A DNA stretch of 64,000 nt from Tubulanus polymorphus (taxonomy: Eukaryota; Animalia; Nemertea): the NCBI RefSeq assembly GCF_964204645.1, contig NC_134027.1, positions 8,588,485 through 8,652,484 on the forward strand, in the 5' to 3' direction. Of this stretch, positions 51,213 through 64,000 are shown piece after piece. Position 1 is the first letter of the stretch. Every line of letters begins with the position of its first letter. Under the pieces are notes generated by a model. That model did not search any database. It was given only the letters and a program-made list of their open reading frames with translations, and had not been told where the DNA came from. The position numbers and the translations under genes were made by a program.

Positions 51213-54200
51213 CTATAAGTACACGGTGTCAACGGATTTTGATTTCTCGTGGCACTGTCTTAACGTTTGCAGTCTCGAAGCACGTTTCATTTGAGATTCG
51301 AAATTTGTTCGCGCCGACGATTGGGGAGATGGGGGAGGGGGGTCAGATGACACGGACGATGAGTGGCTTTCGACGAATTCTATCACACTCGGTACAACAT
51401 CATCACCATCATCGTCATCGTCATCGTCGGCGACAGACGGACTAGCATCTTCCGTTTCGGGACTAGACGAAACGATGTGGTTGCTGCTAGCTAGGTCTGC
51501 TGGAGATACTAGCGGACTAGACGTCGTGGATGGTTCGATTTGATTTAAACGCGGGTGATTCCCGATGACGTCAGACGCAAGCGGAATCACCGGTTCGACG
51601 TCCTCGTCGATATCACGCATTCCGTCGTTTCCTAAACTACTACTTCGACCGGTAAGGATGCTCGGCCCGTTTTCCTCGGGCGCCTTCGGTGTTTCGGGGG
51701 TTTGTCCCGGACTAGAGGTAGGACTAAGCGGAGGCGGTTGATCAGTGCTCTGTAGTTGTGGGTGTAAACTTAAATGCTTCAATAAAAGTCTCGGTGATTT
51801 CCTTTTCGTTTTAGGATCCTGTCCGTTGGTCGCTTGTTGCTGCTGTTGTTTCTGAACAGTCTCTTTGTATTTCTCTTTCGAGTCTCGTAAATGCGCAAGC
51901 CAGTTAACCTGCAGCAAAATGGAAATTGATTGATTGATTTTAATTTCATAGAACATAATACCATATTATAATGATTTCTCTTACAAAACTTATGAACTAT
52001 GAAGGACTCGTCCACCCTGAAGGCCGTAGGTCTGTATACAGAGTGGACGAGCCCTGATGACTATGAAATGGATGATGAAAAATCATTATCAAAAAAGCTT
52101 TTCATATTTTTTTCTTTAAGCATCAAGTAATGACTGAATATATATTCTACCTTTATGGACTCGGAGGTGGCTTGTAATGTGTAGACTCCTATTATCTGCT
52201 GGAAACGGCTTATCTGAACCAAAACAAATGCATGCCGCAAACCATTTACTAAAAAGAAATATTGCATCTAAAATAACTGACTCCACTTGTTTTATGTAAT
52301 ATTTCTGATTATGCTGTTTCTAAAAATGTCTATAAAAGAAAATTCGTACCCGCCGCTTCGTGTGGACCAACGTCATGAATCGTGAATCTATCTAAAGCGA
52401 TCGGTTGCCTGTAGACAATCAATGCGTTATCTGATCCAACTCTGCTGTTATTACTTGATTGCGTGTCGCTTGTGTTTGTGGTCATATTCGATTTCTAATA
52501 AAAAGAAATATGTGCATCGGTTGAAATGTATTACTAAGATGCCATTAAATCAAAATTCCTGCTTTATATTCAAATTCTTGAAATTATTTATGATTAGACT
52601 ATTATTCAGAGTTTTAGTAGTGGTTTCCGTGGGAAGCCACTCGAAACGAGTAACGAAAATATTTCGGAGATCCCAGGTAAGCAGTTTTCTATCCATGAGC
52701 TCACTGCCATGGATTATGATTTTTGAGTAAAATATTTGAACTTAACAATTGATATATCCAAATACGTACCTTTCTTGTCGGTTTTTTAATTTTAGTTATG
52801 AGCAAAATATCGTCGAATAGAAACACACAAACGTCGACTGGTTTTGAGTTATCTAATGTATAGGAAAAATAAGAAAAAAAACCTCTAGTGAGTTAAGTCC
52901 TGTATTTCGTTACATAACTAGAACCTGGTAGGAATCGATTTTAGGTAAATTTGGGATTTCATAATTCGAAAAGGTTATTTCATTCGGTTGACCGATTGAG
53001 GTTCTATTCCGAATAGAATTTCTAATCAAGAAAAGTCGAAGAATGGGATCTTTTAGTGGACAAGGTTCTTACCCATCATGTATAACTGGCCTTCGTATAA
53101 GAGTTGTCTCTTCGGGCTGGCTAACAGTCGTTCGCACGGCTGTCGACTTAACGTATGCTTCAGAAACTGTGATAAAATTTTCAATTGGAAGTTATCATAC
53201 ATATATACAAATAACTACAAGAAAAAGAGATGTAAACCATCAAAGTCTGTCATCGCAGGTAATCTTAACTTACATCTGGAATATATACGCGAGGGTCCAT
53301 CTCGGAGATTGGCTGCCACACTAGTTGTTGTTGGATTTCCTGGACACGTTCGAAATTTTTCAACCATTTCATTTTCTCTTCTAGGCTCTCTGCGAAAAGG
53401 TGAGAAATTTTTATAGATCTTAACGTGAGCAATAGCCGCGATCACACGGAAACGATTTTGCCCGGGCGAAAATCAGGCCCGAGTCAAATTTGGCCCGTAT
53501 CTAATTAGAGAGCGCGCTCATACGTAAACTTGATACTAAACAATGCTTAAACAAAGCAAAGTGAGTCACCTGCAACAATTTGACCCTTGTTAAAATTTGG
53601 CTCGGGCCTGGTGTCCTACGTTTTTGGTCGGGCCAAATTTGGCCATGGCCCATTGATCACTCGTGAGAACAGGTTGGACCGGGTCAAAAGTGCTCGCGTG
53701 ATCGCGGCTAATGAGCACAACACAGAAAATCAGTCGATGTAAAGATGTGCGGTATAATCATTCGAAAATAATTTGCACTGAAATGGCATCGAAATTTGAA
53801 TCTCGACATGCTCAAGTTGCGTGAAAAAGCAATATCCAAATTAAGCTACACGCGATATTTGCCGCTGAGTATTCTCAACGAGAATAAATTGATTGTTGCG
53901 ATGAACGGTCTTGTTTTCAATGCAGCACGAATTCGCCGCGGTGAATTTCAATTGAGTTGATTGTATTCAAACGAGCGCCGTGAAAATTGGAAACGCAACG
54001 AGGCGTCGACTGGTGTGATCAGGTGTTGTTGTCGGCTGTGCACGAGAAAATACATCTTCGCTTGCCGGGGTTTGATTGCCTTACGCCGAAGCTCACGCCA
54101 ACACAAATCCTGGCCCTTCATTGATCTATTATTACCTTACCCAAAATTTCTTGGCCGGACAGGTTGCCGCTGAGCGGCCACCAGTTATATCTAGCCAATC

Positions 54201-57200
54201 AGATGCGTTCGCGAATCTGCCGGTGAAAAACCACGCATCTGATTGGCTAGATATATACTGGTGGCCGCTTAGCGGCAACCTGTCGGCCCTAGAAATCTTG
54301 GGCAATGTAATTAATGAAGAGTCCGTGGGCAGTGTGTTGGTTTGTGTTGGCGTGAGCTTCAGTGGGAGGCAATGAAACCCTGGCAAGCGACGTAGGAAAT
54401 AAAGGAAAAAAAACTAATCAAACTTACTCAGAGACGTTTCCATTTTCTCAATTGATTCGGTAAGTTGCTGGCGCTCTTCGGCATCGATTGTATACTTTCG
54501 AATGTTGCTGATCATCAACGGCATTTTCGTGCAATGCTGCATCGGCGCCACGAGTAGATCGTTCAACTGTAATCTCTTACACCGCAAATCAAGCTCACAG
54601 TGCTGCATCGATTAACAACAAGAAAAATGAAGAAAAAAGACCGATTAGTTCATTCGACAATCGAGTTTAATGAAGTATAGTAACACATCGCGTAATCAAG
54701 ATAAATGATTGCTTTATTTCTAATAATTATCGGCTCTCCTGCTGCCCGAGGCTCACTCAGCGCTCAATTAAACGGAATAAGACACTAATCATAATTTCTT
54801 TAAGGCGAAGATATTAGAACAATTGTTATTTGCTTCGATCTGATGAAGCGGAGAGCACGGAATCGGCGAAACTGGCATAAAACCGAATTTTGATTGGAGT
54901 TTTTGCGCGTTAATTATTCACGGTTTCCAAGAAAATGCTCGCGTAAGCCCGCCACACGGCATATCATTCATAAAGTGAACTGAATAATACATATATAATG
55001 AACATAGATCTAGTCGTATTAAGATTCACGACCAATAGCCTACATATGCAACAACGCGCTTCCGAAGCTTAGAAAATTCTGAATCTTTGAGATTCCAAGT
55101 CGATTTCAACTGCAAATGAACTAAGTTTGAGAGAGAAACTCTGGCCACTTACACGCTCGAACTCGAGAAAGTCGTCGTTTTTCCTCAGTTGTTCCAAATA
55201 CGTCAGCGCATTCGTGTAATTAAGACAATAACTGTGGTACACTTCTGCGTTTTTGGAATGTTGCGATAGCTGCAATGAAAAAAAAAGACAACGATTAAGG
55301 ATGTTTTAAAGTTATATGCAGCAGAATATGAGAAATGATTTGAACTTATGGAAATCTTTTCGGCGTAACAAAATCACCAAAACTTTCACTCTAATCAAAG
55401 CTATTTTTGCGAGTTAGCATGCCAGTTGCAGAGTCTATGAAATTCCAGAATTCCGAAATTTAGCTATTGGTCCGAGATACAACATATCCAAAATACCATC
55501 GGAATTAATGCATGGTACGAGTTCGAACCTGAGTCCGAGAACCGTTGTCGCCTTTTTTTTCTGTATTATCACTCAGGTCACTTCCCTTGTACGAATCAAA
55601 CAAACAACATATCGCGAAAAGGTTTCAATTTGTATCCTGATCATTTCTAACGTTTCGAATCTCGTTTTAGGCCGCAGCCCGCGTTGCCTGCAGATGATAT
55701 TGACATAAAATATCATCATCCCAATTCTAACACTCGGCATTAATCAGAATCAAAAGTGAATGGCAAATTATCAATTCTAAGAAATGTGAACGACATCCAC
55801 CATGAAAAATTAATGAGCTTTTTGTCAACATAATTTAGTGACGGTTCCTAATGCACGTGGTATTTATACAATTTTACAAATACAGTTATTTGACGAAAAA
55901 AGCAGGATCTATGATTTTTGAAAGTGTCACATCAAAAACATATAAAACGTTATTTCTCCACCTCGATCCGCCCCTGGAAAGCGTTGTCATTTTCCCAGTT
56001 TTATGATGGACTCAAATTTTATTTTATACGTCATTAGGTTTCGCGTGTAAGCTTAGATGCTCAGATGCCCGAGTCCAAATCCACGTTGTAGCGTCTCTGT
56101 ATTTCGCATGCATATTTTTTTAATGGATGGTCAGGTAGAAACTTGTTCTGATTAGTCCGCGTACGTGGTACTCTTACAAACCAAGCAACGAGAATTAAGA
56201 CAAGGAAAAAGCGTCGAATCCTTCAAATACATCGATATTCCCGTATTTGGATTAAACCCGAACACCTAGGCGTTGTAGTTCTAATGACAGAACGTCTATA
56301 ATACGTGTCCTGTTTGTTAGCGAAGGAGCTTTGTCTGTAACCCGCACGGGACGAAGTTTGATCGCGCGCGCACACATATCAGACCACACGATGATTGATG
56401 GCTTAAATAATACACGATCTATCAAATTGACATTCAGCAGCGCGACGAGGCCCACGATAGATGCATCATATAGGATTACTGTACACGCTTCCGTCGAGTT
56501 CTTAAAACCGACAGAATTGCGAAAACAAATTAAAAACTTCCTTGCTCGTGTTTTGTGTCTCAGATGACAAAAATAGAGTCGTTGTAATTGAAAAGCTGAC
56601 AACCATTTTGAATCATCATATACTTTGAGATGGTTTTTGTATTCCAAATGCCGATTCCATTGCTAGAAGATATCCCAACGAACATCGTATAATTGGAAAA
56701 ACTACCAGAAATAGTTCCCCCACGTTTGGATATGCAGCCAAAGTTCGTTATAACGCCATCCATTTTAATGCCACTGCCCTCTTAACGCCAATATTTTTCA
56801 GAGAACAAATTTGCTCGATGCAACTCAAACTCAATGAAAATATCATTGTTTTACATCGCCATATTTTTCATCCGTTCCAACGGTGGCGTTATCAATGACT
56901 TTAACCGTACTACGTTAGAACCAGTATACATAGCATCGACGTCGCTTCGCTTAATGAATCCTCGTCGAGCGCCAGAAGAGTAAATAGCGCCACTGCTTAC
57001 CTTTTTAAAAGCTTTGATGAGAACGGCTGTGCTCCCAAAATGTGACGGGCTCATGTCCCTCAGCAGTAATGATATGAAATCACGACAAAACGTATAACTA
57101 ACCTGCACAAAAAAATATACATATAAACCATCAACGATTAGTTGGATTCGTTGCATACATTTGTTGAAGATGGAGAAAGTTGGTATCATCATTCCAGAAC

Positions 57201-60200
57201 TATAGAACGAATTGATAGTCCATGGTATTATCTACACGGAAAAATGACAAGGGAAAAACTGCTTTAGAAATTGATTTTTCTAAGTTTTGACTGGTGGTGG
57301 ATTTGAAATTGTTTTCTTTTCCACGACATCGCCCTTTATTGGTACAGCTTTTAGGCTTGGGAATGGCCTATGAATTAGGAGAGGGTGTTGTCGAATCAAC
57401 GATTATAGAAAATCGTAAATATTTTGATGACTAAAATAATATACATAAATCATCTAGAAACTTACGTAACACAATTCATCCAAATTGCCAAAAATGTCCT
57501 GAGGTTCGGCGAACATTAAGTGGCCGTCGACTTGTAATTGTTTTAGTGGTTCCATAAAACACTGCAAAAAAGTAAGAAATATTGCTACATTGATAATGTC
57601 TGAAAGGTACGCTTTAACAGTACCATCAAAACCAATGCGTATTGATATTTGGGGTGTTTCTCATTTAAGATCCGATATTGCCTTTCCCGAGCTCTGGACT
57701 TCGAATAACTGGAACTACTAGCTCCTAACTAAAGCTTTCGATTGACAAGGGTTTTTTCTACGACTATTAGTGGCTCTACCACGCTTAACACTTCAAACCA
57801 CAATTTGCTTAGAAAAACAATTCATTTTGTGGAATAGCGCGAATCGATACCTGAATGTTTTACGGGGAGGAAACTAGCTCCATTGCGAGTAGCTGCACGA
57901 GCTGTGAATAGGCGATTTAAGTGTAAGGCAAATAGTCGCCGGCGTTGCAACATTCCGGAATCGGGAAAACGACAAAAAAAATTCAACCACATCGATGTAT
58001 CTTTCTGCCGCGCTAGCACACAAAAGCTATCTCAGAAACGGATCAACAGATGGTAGAATTTATATAGAGCGTTGTCTCGCATACATTTCTTCATACATAA
58101 ACGTTGGTTATGTTACTCATTCCCAACGCACTCGAGTTTCGTTTGTTTGAGACAATCGAGACAGTTACAGGTAAACACGTAGCAATTCCCTATGCATTAG
58201 TTATTTGCCATCTAGTCTTACGCTCGTGTCCCAGGGGATAATGTCGGGACGCCCGTGAACTTCTTCGTTTTACTATCATCATGGTTTCCATGAAAATTTC
58301 ATGGCAGCTAAAACTCAGTATCCTATTTTGAGAAAACAGCCTACCATTTTTCATGATTTCGACCGTTTTCATGCAATATCTACTTATGAAAACTACATGA
58401 GCAATATTTCATGTGGAAGTCTGATGAAAACAAGTCATAATTTTAAAAATGGTTTTTCAAACAAAATTTCCCCTATAGTGACCACTAGGGGCGCTGGTGC
58501 TGCCAAAGTCATTGTTTATCATTTTTATTGGTGGTGCCAAAATCGTCAAGTTGGAAAAAATGGCTTTTGAAGACCCAAGATACTCAAGCAATGGAAAATA
58601 AGTGTTGCCAAAAATTAACATGAGGTGTTAGTCGAACAGGTTTGGCTCCCTGACTATTCATCTCCACATCGGAAACACCCGCAGTCTACCAACTGTTCCG
58701 GCGGTGTTCCGGCAACGAAATCATACCACACATGCTCGAAGTTTCGCCACTTTAATTAAGATGTATATTTAGTAATCCCCGCTGCAGCATCGGCTTAATC
58801 CGAGCAGCAAAAACTTGCTGCGCGTTTTTTTCTTGACAGAGCTTAAAATTATTCAATTTCGTACCAAGCAAATCTGATTGCGACCAGTATTCTGAATATA
58901 CATTTTCACTGTCTCCGTCTCCAGGGTATTATGTATTAGTAAGAAGCAATTTTCGAACATACTTTGGACATTGCTGTAGATAATTAACCATTCAAATTAC
59001 TGCTCGTCAGTGCAAAATACCACATTTTCAAAAGATATTTGCTATTATTGAAGTCCCTCAACTTTTGATGTGATAGATTTCATTATATTGAAACCACAAC
59101 GTTTCGGCTGTTGACTTACAGCCATCATCATCATTCCACCTGATCATAAAGAAATAAAGTTGATTTTTGAGAATAGGCCTAAAATGTTTTGTGAGATCAC
59201 GCGGAGTCACGTGGTGCTTATCAGTTGTCAATTACTCTTTGCCTCCGCCCCTCCTGACAACGTGGCTAAGCATTCCCTCGCAACCCTAGAGTGTAGAAGC
59301 ACGAGTAGGATACTTCGTTTTACCATGGTCGTATAAACTAGATTATACGTCCACGTTTATGATCATACGTTCTAGTTTATACGGTTATGGTTTCACTGAC
59401 TTCAATTATATCATATAAGAATTATATCTATCATAAAAGAATTGTTGGACTTCTTCAATTTTCTACAGTATACACGGAAAAAAAGTGTTTCGACTACTTG
59501 CTATGTTCAGCAAGAAATAGTTAGTAAAATACCTACATGCTTTAGCACCATCAAATGATCAATAAGAAAGACGCATTCGCTTTTGAATAATTCCCAGACG
59601 GCTTCGCGACGTTTCCGTTCGGTCTCGGGTATCATCGGCGCCGGCTCCACGTAACCTTGCTTATCACGACTAGCTATTAGATCCGACCAGTGGACATTCT
59701 ATAGAAAAACCAATTTCGAATTTGTTTGAATATAGTTTTCGAAAACTTGAAGAAATTTCCAAGTTTCATACAGAGAGAATCGAGCAATGATAACGGTAAG
59801 ACGAAGTCCGAAAATGTTTCCTAGAGCTGGTGTTTATTCGACTGTATTCTAATAGTCCTCTCAGGGATACTGAAATTGTTTTTTCCCCTAGTTTGTATCA
59901 CTTTTGATTACTTAGTAAGTCTCTTTGTTTTGGATTGTAATATATATTTCATAATTTCTGTTGTAACTCAGTATTTCTAAAGATGACTTAGACGTATGGT
60001 CATAACGTCCGATAAACTACTAGCGCTAGGAAACATTTTCGGAATTTAATTTTCGTCATTATTGTGGGGCTCAATCTATATTATCGTCACAACACAGTGT
60101 CTTATCAATGGTGCCCTAAGTTTCATGAATTTTCAATCGTTCATTCTTTTCAAAAAGTGTTTCGTATTTTCATCAGGATTTCAATCTCTCTAGTGCTCTC

Positions 60201-63200
60201 TTTCACATTTTGCTAAGCCGCTTTCAATGAAGATAACGTCATTTGTGAATTATACCGTGAATAGTTTGTTAACTTCTCGGATTACACAAAATATCCATTT
60301 ACCTTGTAGCTGGCTATGTGGTTGTCTTTGAATTCGGAAGGCTTCAATTTACCGATTGATTCACTCAGTTCGTGTAGACATTCCTTTGATCTGGTTCTTT
60401 TATCGATCTTAAAAAAGAAATTCTGGCGTAATTACATTTTCTGGTAAGAGCGAATGATAACCGGTTCATACGTGATACGCGTGGTACACCTCTCTAAGGT
60501 GGATTTTTTCGTCGTTGAGATATCATTTTACCAGTATCGATGATGCTAATTAACAGAAGCGCCAGTGAACTATTCGATTCATTAGCTATACGGCAATTGA
60601 TCAAGATATATCGGCTTCAAGATATCGCGCCAGTAGGACAGAGGGGAGAGTGAGATTGCAGTAAATCAAACTGTTACTCTCGTGGTATTGATCTAGCCCT
60701 CTCTACGCGCACTACGGCGACTAACACTTCCAATGTATCATCCACAACATCCAATTAGATCATGTTGGATAAACACATTATCAATATCAGATGTCGGGAG
60801 CCCTGGGAAGAAATTAATTTTCATCGATAGAGAAAACACTTTCCGAAGAACTTTCTGAAGTCACTCTACAGTGATTTAGACACAAATATATAGCATAGTT
60901 TGCATCTGATAACGTGGAAGGAAATTCATGGCATCCAGCCTTAGTGTACACCGGAGCGGCAAACGTGTTCATGCGAATGAAGTTGGTAAAGCTTTATTAT
61001 CTGGAATGGCAAACAGAAAGGCCAAATATGACAGGCCCGCAAGGTAAAATTAGGCGACAACCCCCGCAAGGGACTCCCACCTCCTTGGTCGAACTGAGCA
61101 GAACGATGACCGAGGAGATTGACATAAAACTAGTTGTATTGACGATAACGAGAATTTCATCGGGTTAGTCTTTGTATAGCTCACTAGCTATATATAGAAC
61201 GGCAGCGAAAAAAGTCATACTCCTAGTTAACACGTCCATCATTCTACGGAGGCCGGCACTCCACGACTGGTGACAGAAATGCAGTGTTGCGACATCCTAT
61301 GAAGGCGCACCAAATATCCTTATCTGGATTTTTGAGCTATGAGATTTCGAATCTCAATTTTCAATTGACTTTTTTTACAAGACGTATACCCGTTGGCGGG
61401 TCGATAAGACGTGTTGATTTAGAAGGCCAGTATCGAATTCATCATCGCGAACAGAAACTCATTTCTAGCATCTAACAGGTACAAATGTAAACAGTAAGGT
61501 AATTTATTAGGGCCATAAACCAAAGTTCATATCCGGCGGTAGGCTACTTGTTTATTGAGTGATCCAAACCAGTGACCAATATCACGGGAATTGCTTCTTT
61601 ACTGTATAAAATAGAGTCCTGATAAATTATTCGCCGGCACAGTGTAAACCGTCTTGAATACGAATCTGGGACTCGCCGCGTGTATTGCTTCATAGTTTTA
61701 TAGTTTATCGTCGCGTTATATTCCAACACCTATTCGCTCATCTTTTCCACCGATTAGAGACACTGGATGCACTCGCGGCTGTTTCTTTCTTTATATGCAA
61801 TTACCATTTCATATCGAATCTCCAGCCCACTGGCGATAGCGTACACCACAGTAGGTTTTGTTATGATTTTTGTTACGATTTTTCGCACGACACGACTGTT
61901 GTCGATCGGTTACTACGTCGAAAATCTGTTTTCACTGAAACAGTGTTAATACGATCCTAAATCTAGGAAATATAGGCCTATACATAAATATGTATAATGA
62001 TTGGTTATTTACGATGAAAACACGCGGAAAGATCGCCATGACAACCAGGCCAAACATAGCGTATAACCGCTAGGTTCCGACGAAACTTACCAATTTTAGT
62101 AACGAAAATGAGTTTCTATTTTTTCTATTCACCGAATCTGCGAACGACAAGAGAAATGAGAAAACATCGTTAATAAACTTAAAAGATAGATTCGTTAGAA
62201 AATACCGGTGAAATACCCGAAAGCTCGTCAATTTCATTTTACGATCCCCAGCCCTGTAAAGTCGTGTGTTTGGAGCATATTTTCATACGTGAAAACCAGT
62301 GTACAAATATTTGTTTTGTACCGCATGAAGCATCAGGCGAAATGATGCCCCTGAGTCTATAACATGGTTACTGGGGAAATCTATTTCGCTGTCAATAAAG
62401 TCGATTGAAAAACCGTATAGTTTTACAGAATGGTTGCATTTGTAGGCTATCATGTCTGAATTTTGGCTTTTTTTGGACATATATCATGACTTTCAACTAA
62501 AGGCAACCCTTCTCAAAAATATGGCAGGTAACCCCACGTAATAATATATCAAAACATTCGGTCCGTTCCCAAAGTATGTTCCATTGTTGCTTCCTCTTCC
62601 GTGAGATATTATTCTAACATGAAACGATTGCGAGCAAAACCACGAGATAAGGCGATAGCTTAATGAGATACACATTACATAGCTGTTAAACCCAGTTCTA
62701 CAGTGGTTATCATTTGACCATAGCGTTTGACAACTGAATTGGTTGCAAATGTATTTATCAATTCTTGACACTTAACTCAAATCTATCTATAAACTGTGGA
62801 ACTGTATGAAGAGAGTTAGAAGAAAATATTTGCTCATTATGATTTTAAGTGTAACGAGTAATTGCAGAAGCATTTCTGGGACAATACGTATGAGTTCAGT
62901 TTGAGATTTTGTATTTATCTTCAATGCATTAAGTCCCAATGACGCTTCGGTATATTGTAAGCATATATATGTATATTTTTAGGAAAAAGCCTGTTATTCC
63001 GTAATATGTAAATATATACTGAGAAAGGAATCTTGAGAACGAATGCAAAACGAGGAATATACGCTACCATGAGAACTGCGCCTGCCTTTGAACGCTACAA
63101 GACAACATAGGAACGGAGTGATATGGACACTTATGGAATTTAGCGCAGGGAATGGTAAATATGTAAATAAAATGCAAGTTGCTGAAAAGTTGGTTTTTAT

Positions 63201-64000
63201 AAAGGGGTAAAATCACGAAAGATGATTTCGTTTCCAATACTCCTGGCTTTCTCGATAGAATTCGCATTATCGTCTTGATTATCGTTGGTGAAAAAGACCA
63301 CGAATTCGTCGAATTGAAAGACAAATTTGCGTCGTATCCATTAGATTGGAAAACGAACTCCCAATAGCGTTGTCAGGATCAAAATCATTCAGCAGGGAAG
63401 CATTAGATATTCCGTTTTAATTTTCTGTCGAGACTTGCACTGGCGTTAATTCCCTTGTGCAAGATGGGGATCAATTTTGAGAATAGGAGTTGTAATTCAA
63501 AATAGAATGGTAATCAACAGCATATTATCGACAATATGCATGTATAACTCTCTAGTGTGATGGACGAAGAAGATACTGTGGCAAAGATTTTTAGAAATTC
63601 GGAATGATATGTAAGTTTTGAAGTTTGTAATAAGTTCAGTGCAATTTTTGTTCAATTTAGTTTTTTTCCACATTTACCACGATTTATATTGTTCAAATTA
63701 ATAGAGTGTAAGTCGTTTTGGTGGATACAACCCAAAGTTCATTGTGATTACTTTAAGCCACAGCTGTAGGACAGGTCCCGTTGGACAATACGCATAGGTC
63801 GGTTTATACATTCAAGATATCAACTTTAACCCTGTGTGAACTCAATTTGACTATGAAATGATTTCAATCCCGGGTTATAGTTCATACCAATCTATAAAAC
63901 CAACCCCTGGTTACTAACGAACTATTGAACATCGCGGTAAAAATGTGAGAATCGAGCAGAGTCGTTTTTTGAAAATCTTACCATCTGCCTTGTCTGAAGT
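51213..64000 (-). CDS. PLEKHG7: PLEKHG7-like RhoGEF (DH-PH), 5' end outside the window
   Basis: Phase-compatible exons run from the window edge (donor at ~63981) through ~62135, ~60405, ~59698 (HWSDL...ERKRREAVWELFKSECVFLIDHLMVLK), ~57560, ~57100, ~55270 (YCLNYTNALTYLE), ~54600 (CKRLQLNDLLVAPMQ), ~53390 (EEKMKWLKNFE...LVWQP), ~53165 (RQLLYEGQL), ~52850 (VFLFDDILLITK), ~52495 and ~52248 to the final exon ending DTVYL* at 51213. Confidence 0.88.
51926..52053 (-). mobile_element. Retroposon 3' end with stem-loop and (TCAA)n tail
   Basis: A hairpin CTCGTCCAC...GTGGACGAG is followed on the minus strand by ATGTTCTATGAAATTAAAATCAATCAATCAAT. Related to 25239-25405. Confidence 0.5.
53433..53710. mobile_element. 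MITE with TIR TAGCCGCGATCAC and internal inverted subrepeats
   Basis: TAGCCGCGATCACACG ... CGCGTGATCGCGGCTA. Internal CAGGCCCGAGTCAAATTT / AAATTTGGCTCGGGCCTG. Confidence 0.75.
54058..54390. mobile_element. Foldback (whole-length palindromic) non-autonomous element, family B
   Basis: Nested inverted arms TCGCTTGCC/GGCAAGCGA, GAAGCTCACGCCAACACAAA/TTTGTGTTGGCGTGAGCTTC, GACAGGTTGCCGCT/AGCGGCAACCTGTC and TATATCTAGCCAATCAGATGCGT/ACGCATCTGATTGGCTAGATATA. Partial copies at ~28398-28470, ~28970-29055 and ~30488-30692. Confidence 0.85.
59093..59145 (-). ncRNA. Degenerate minimal type I hammerhead ribozyme motif (Penelope-like element relic)
   Basis: The minus strand reads ATGATGA-T-GGCTGT-AAGTCA-ACAGCC-GAAA-CG-TT-GTGG: perfect stem II, GAAA core and an AACGTT palindromic stem III. 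The first C of CUGAUGA is lost. Confidence 0.55.
59322..59391. mobile_element. Small palindromic MITE nested in a short dispersed repeat
   Basis: ACCATGGTCGTATAAACTAGA...TCTAGTTTATACGGTTATGGT. The empty site is visible at 28584-28628 and a related palindrome lies at ~31176-31226. Confidence 0.65.

Noticed and set aside
52050-52072. CTGATGACTATGAAA hammerhead-like core (also minus-strand CTGATGAAAATACGAAAC at ~60160-60177)
   Set aside because: There is no stem II and no convincing stems I or III; chance matches are likely in AT-rich DNA.
56252-56763. Cluster of intronic ORFs (131, 78 and 67 aa) in PLEKHG7
   Set aside because: They show no recognisable motifs, and the DH-domain exon chain is complete without them.

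Overview
This is AT-rich, intron-containing animal genomic DNA, probably from an invertebrate; the species cannot be determined from the sequence. Exon chains were assembled by hand from GT-AG sites and reading-frame phase, and homologies come from recalled family motifs, not database searches. Gene order: UBE2H (+, first intron U12-type); a NET1/ARHGEF3-like RhoGEF (-); TUSC2/FUS1 (-) head-to-head with an RNA Pol I subunit RPA34/PAF49 (POLR1G) gene carrying a ~510-aa Nopp140/Treacle-like N-terminal extension (+); a Periphilin-1-like HUSH subunit (-); three tandem GH3/GHDC acyl-acid amido synthetase-like genes (+; one intact, two disrupted), convergent with an SLC7 L-type amino acid transporter (-); and a 5'-incomplete PLEKHG7-like RhoGEF (-). 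Non-coding features include several MITE families, a 460-bp tandem duplication, (TA)n microsatellites and degenerate Penelope-type hammerhead ribozyme motifs. The best candidates for new biology are the diversifying membrane-anchored GH3 cluster beside the amino acid transporter, the Nopp140-like/RPA34 composite gene and the invertebrate periphilin.
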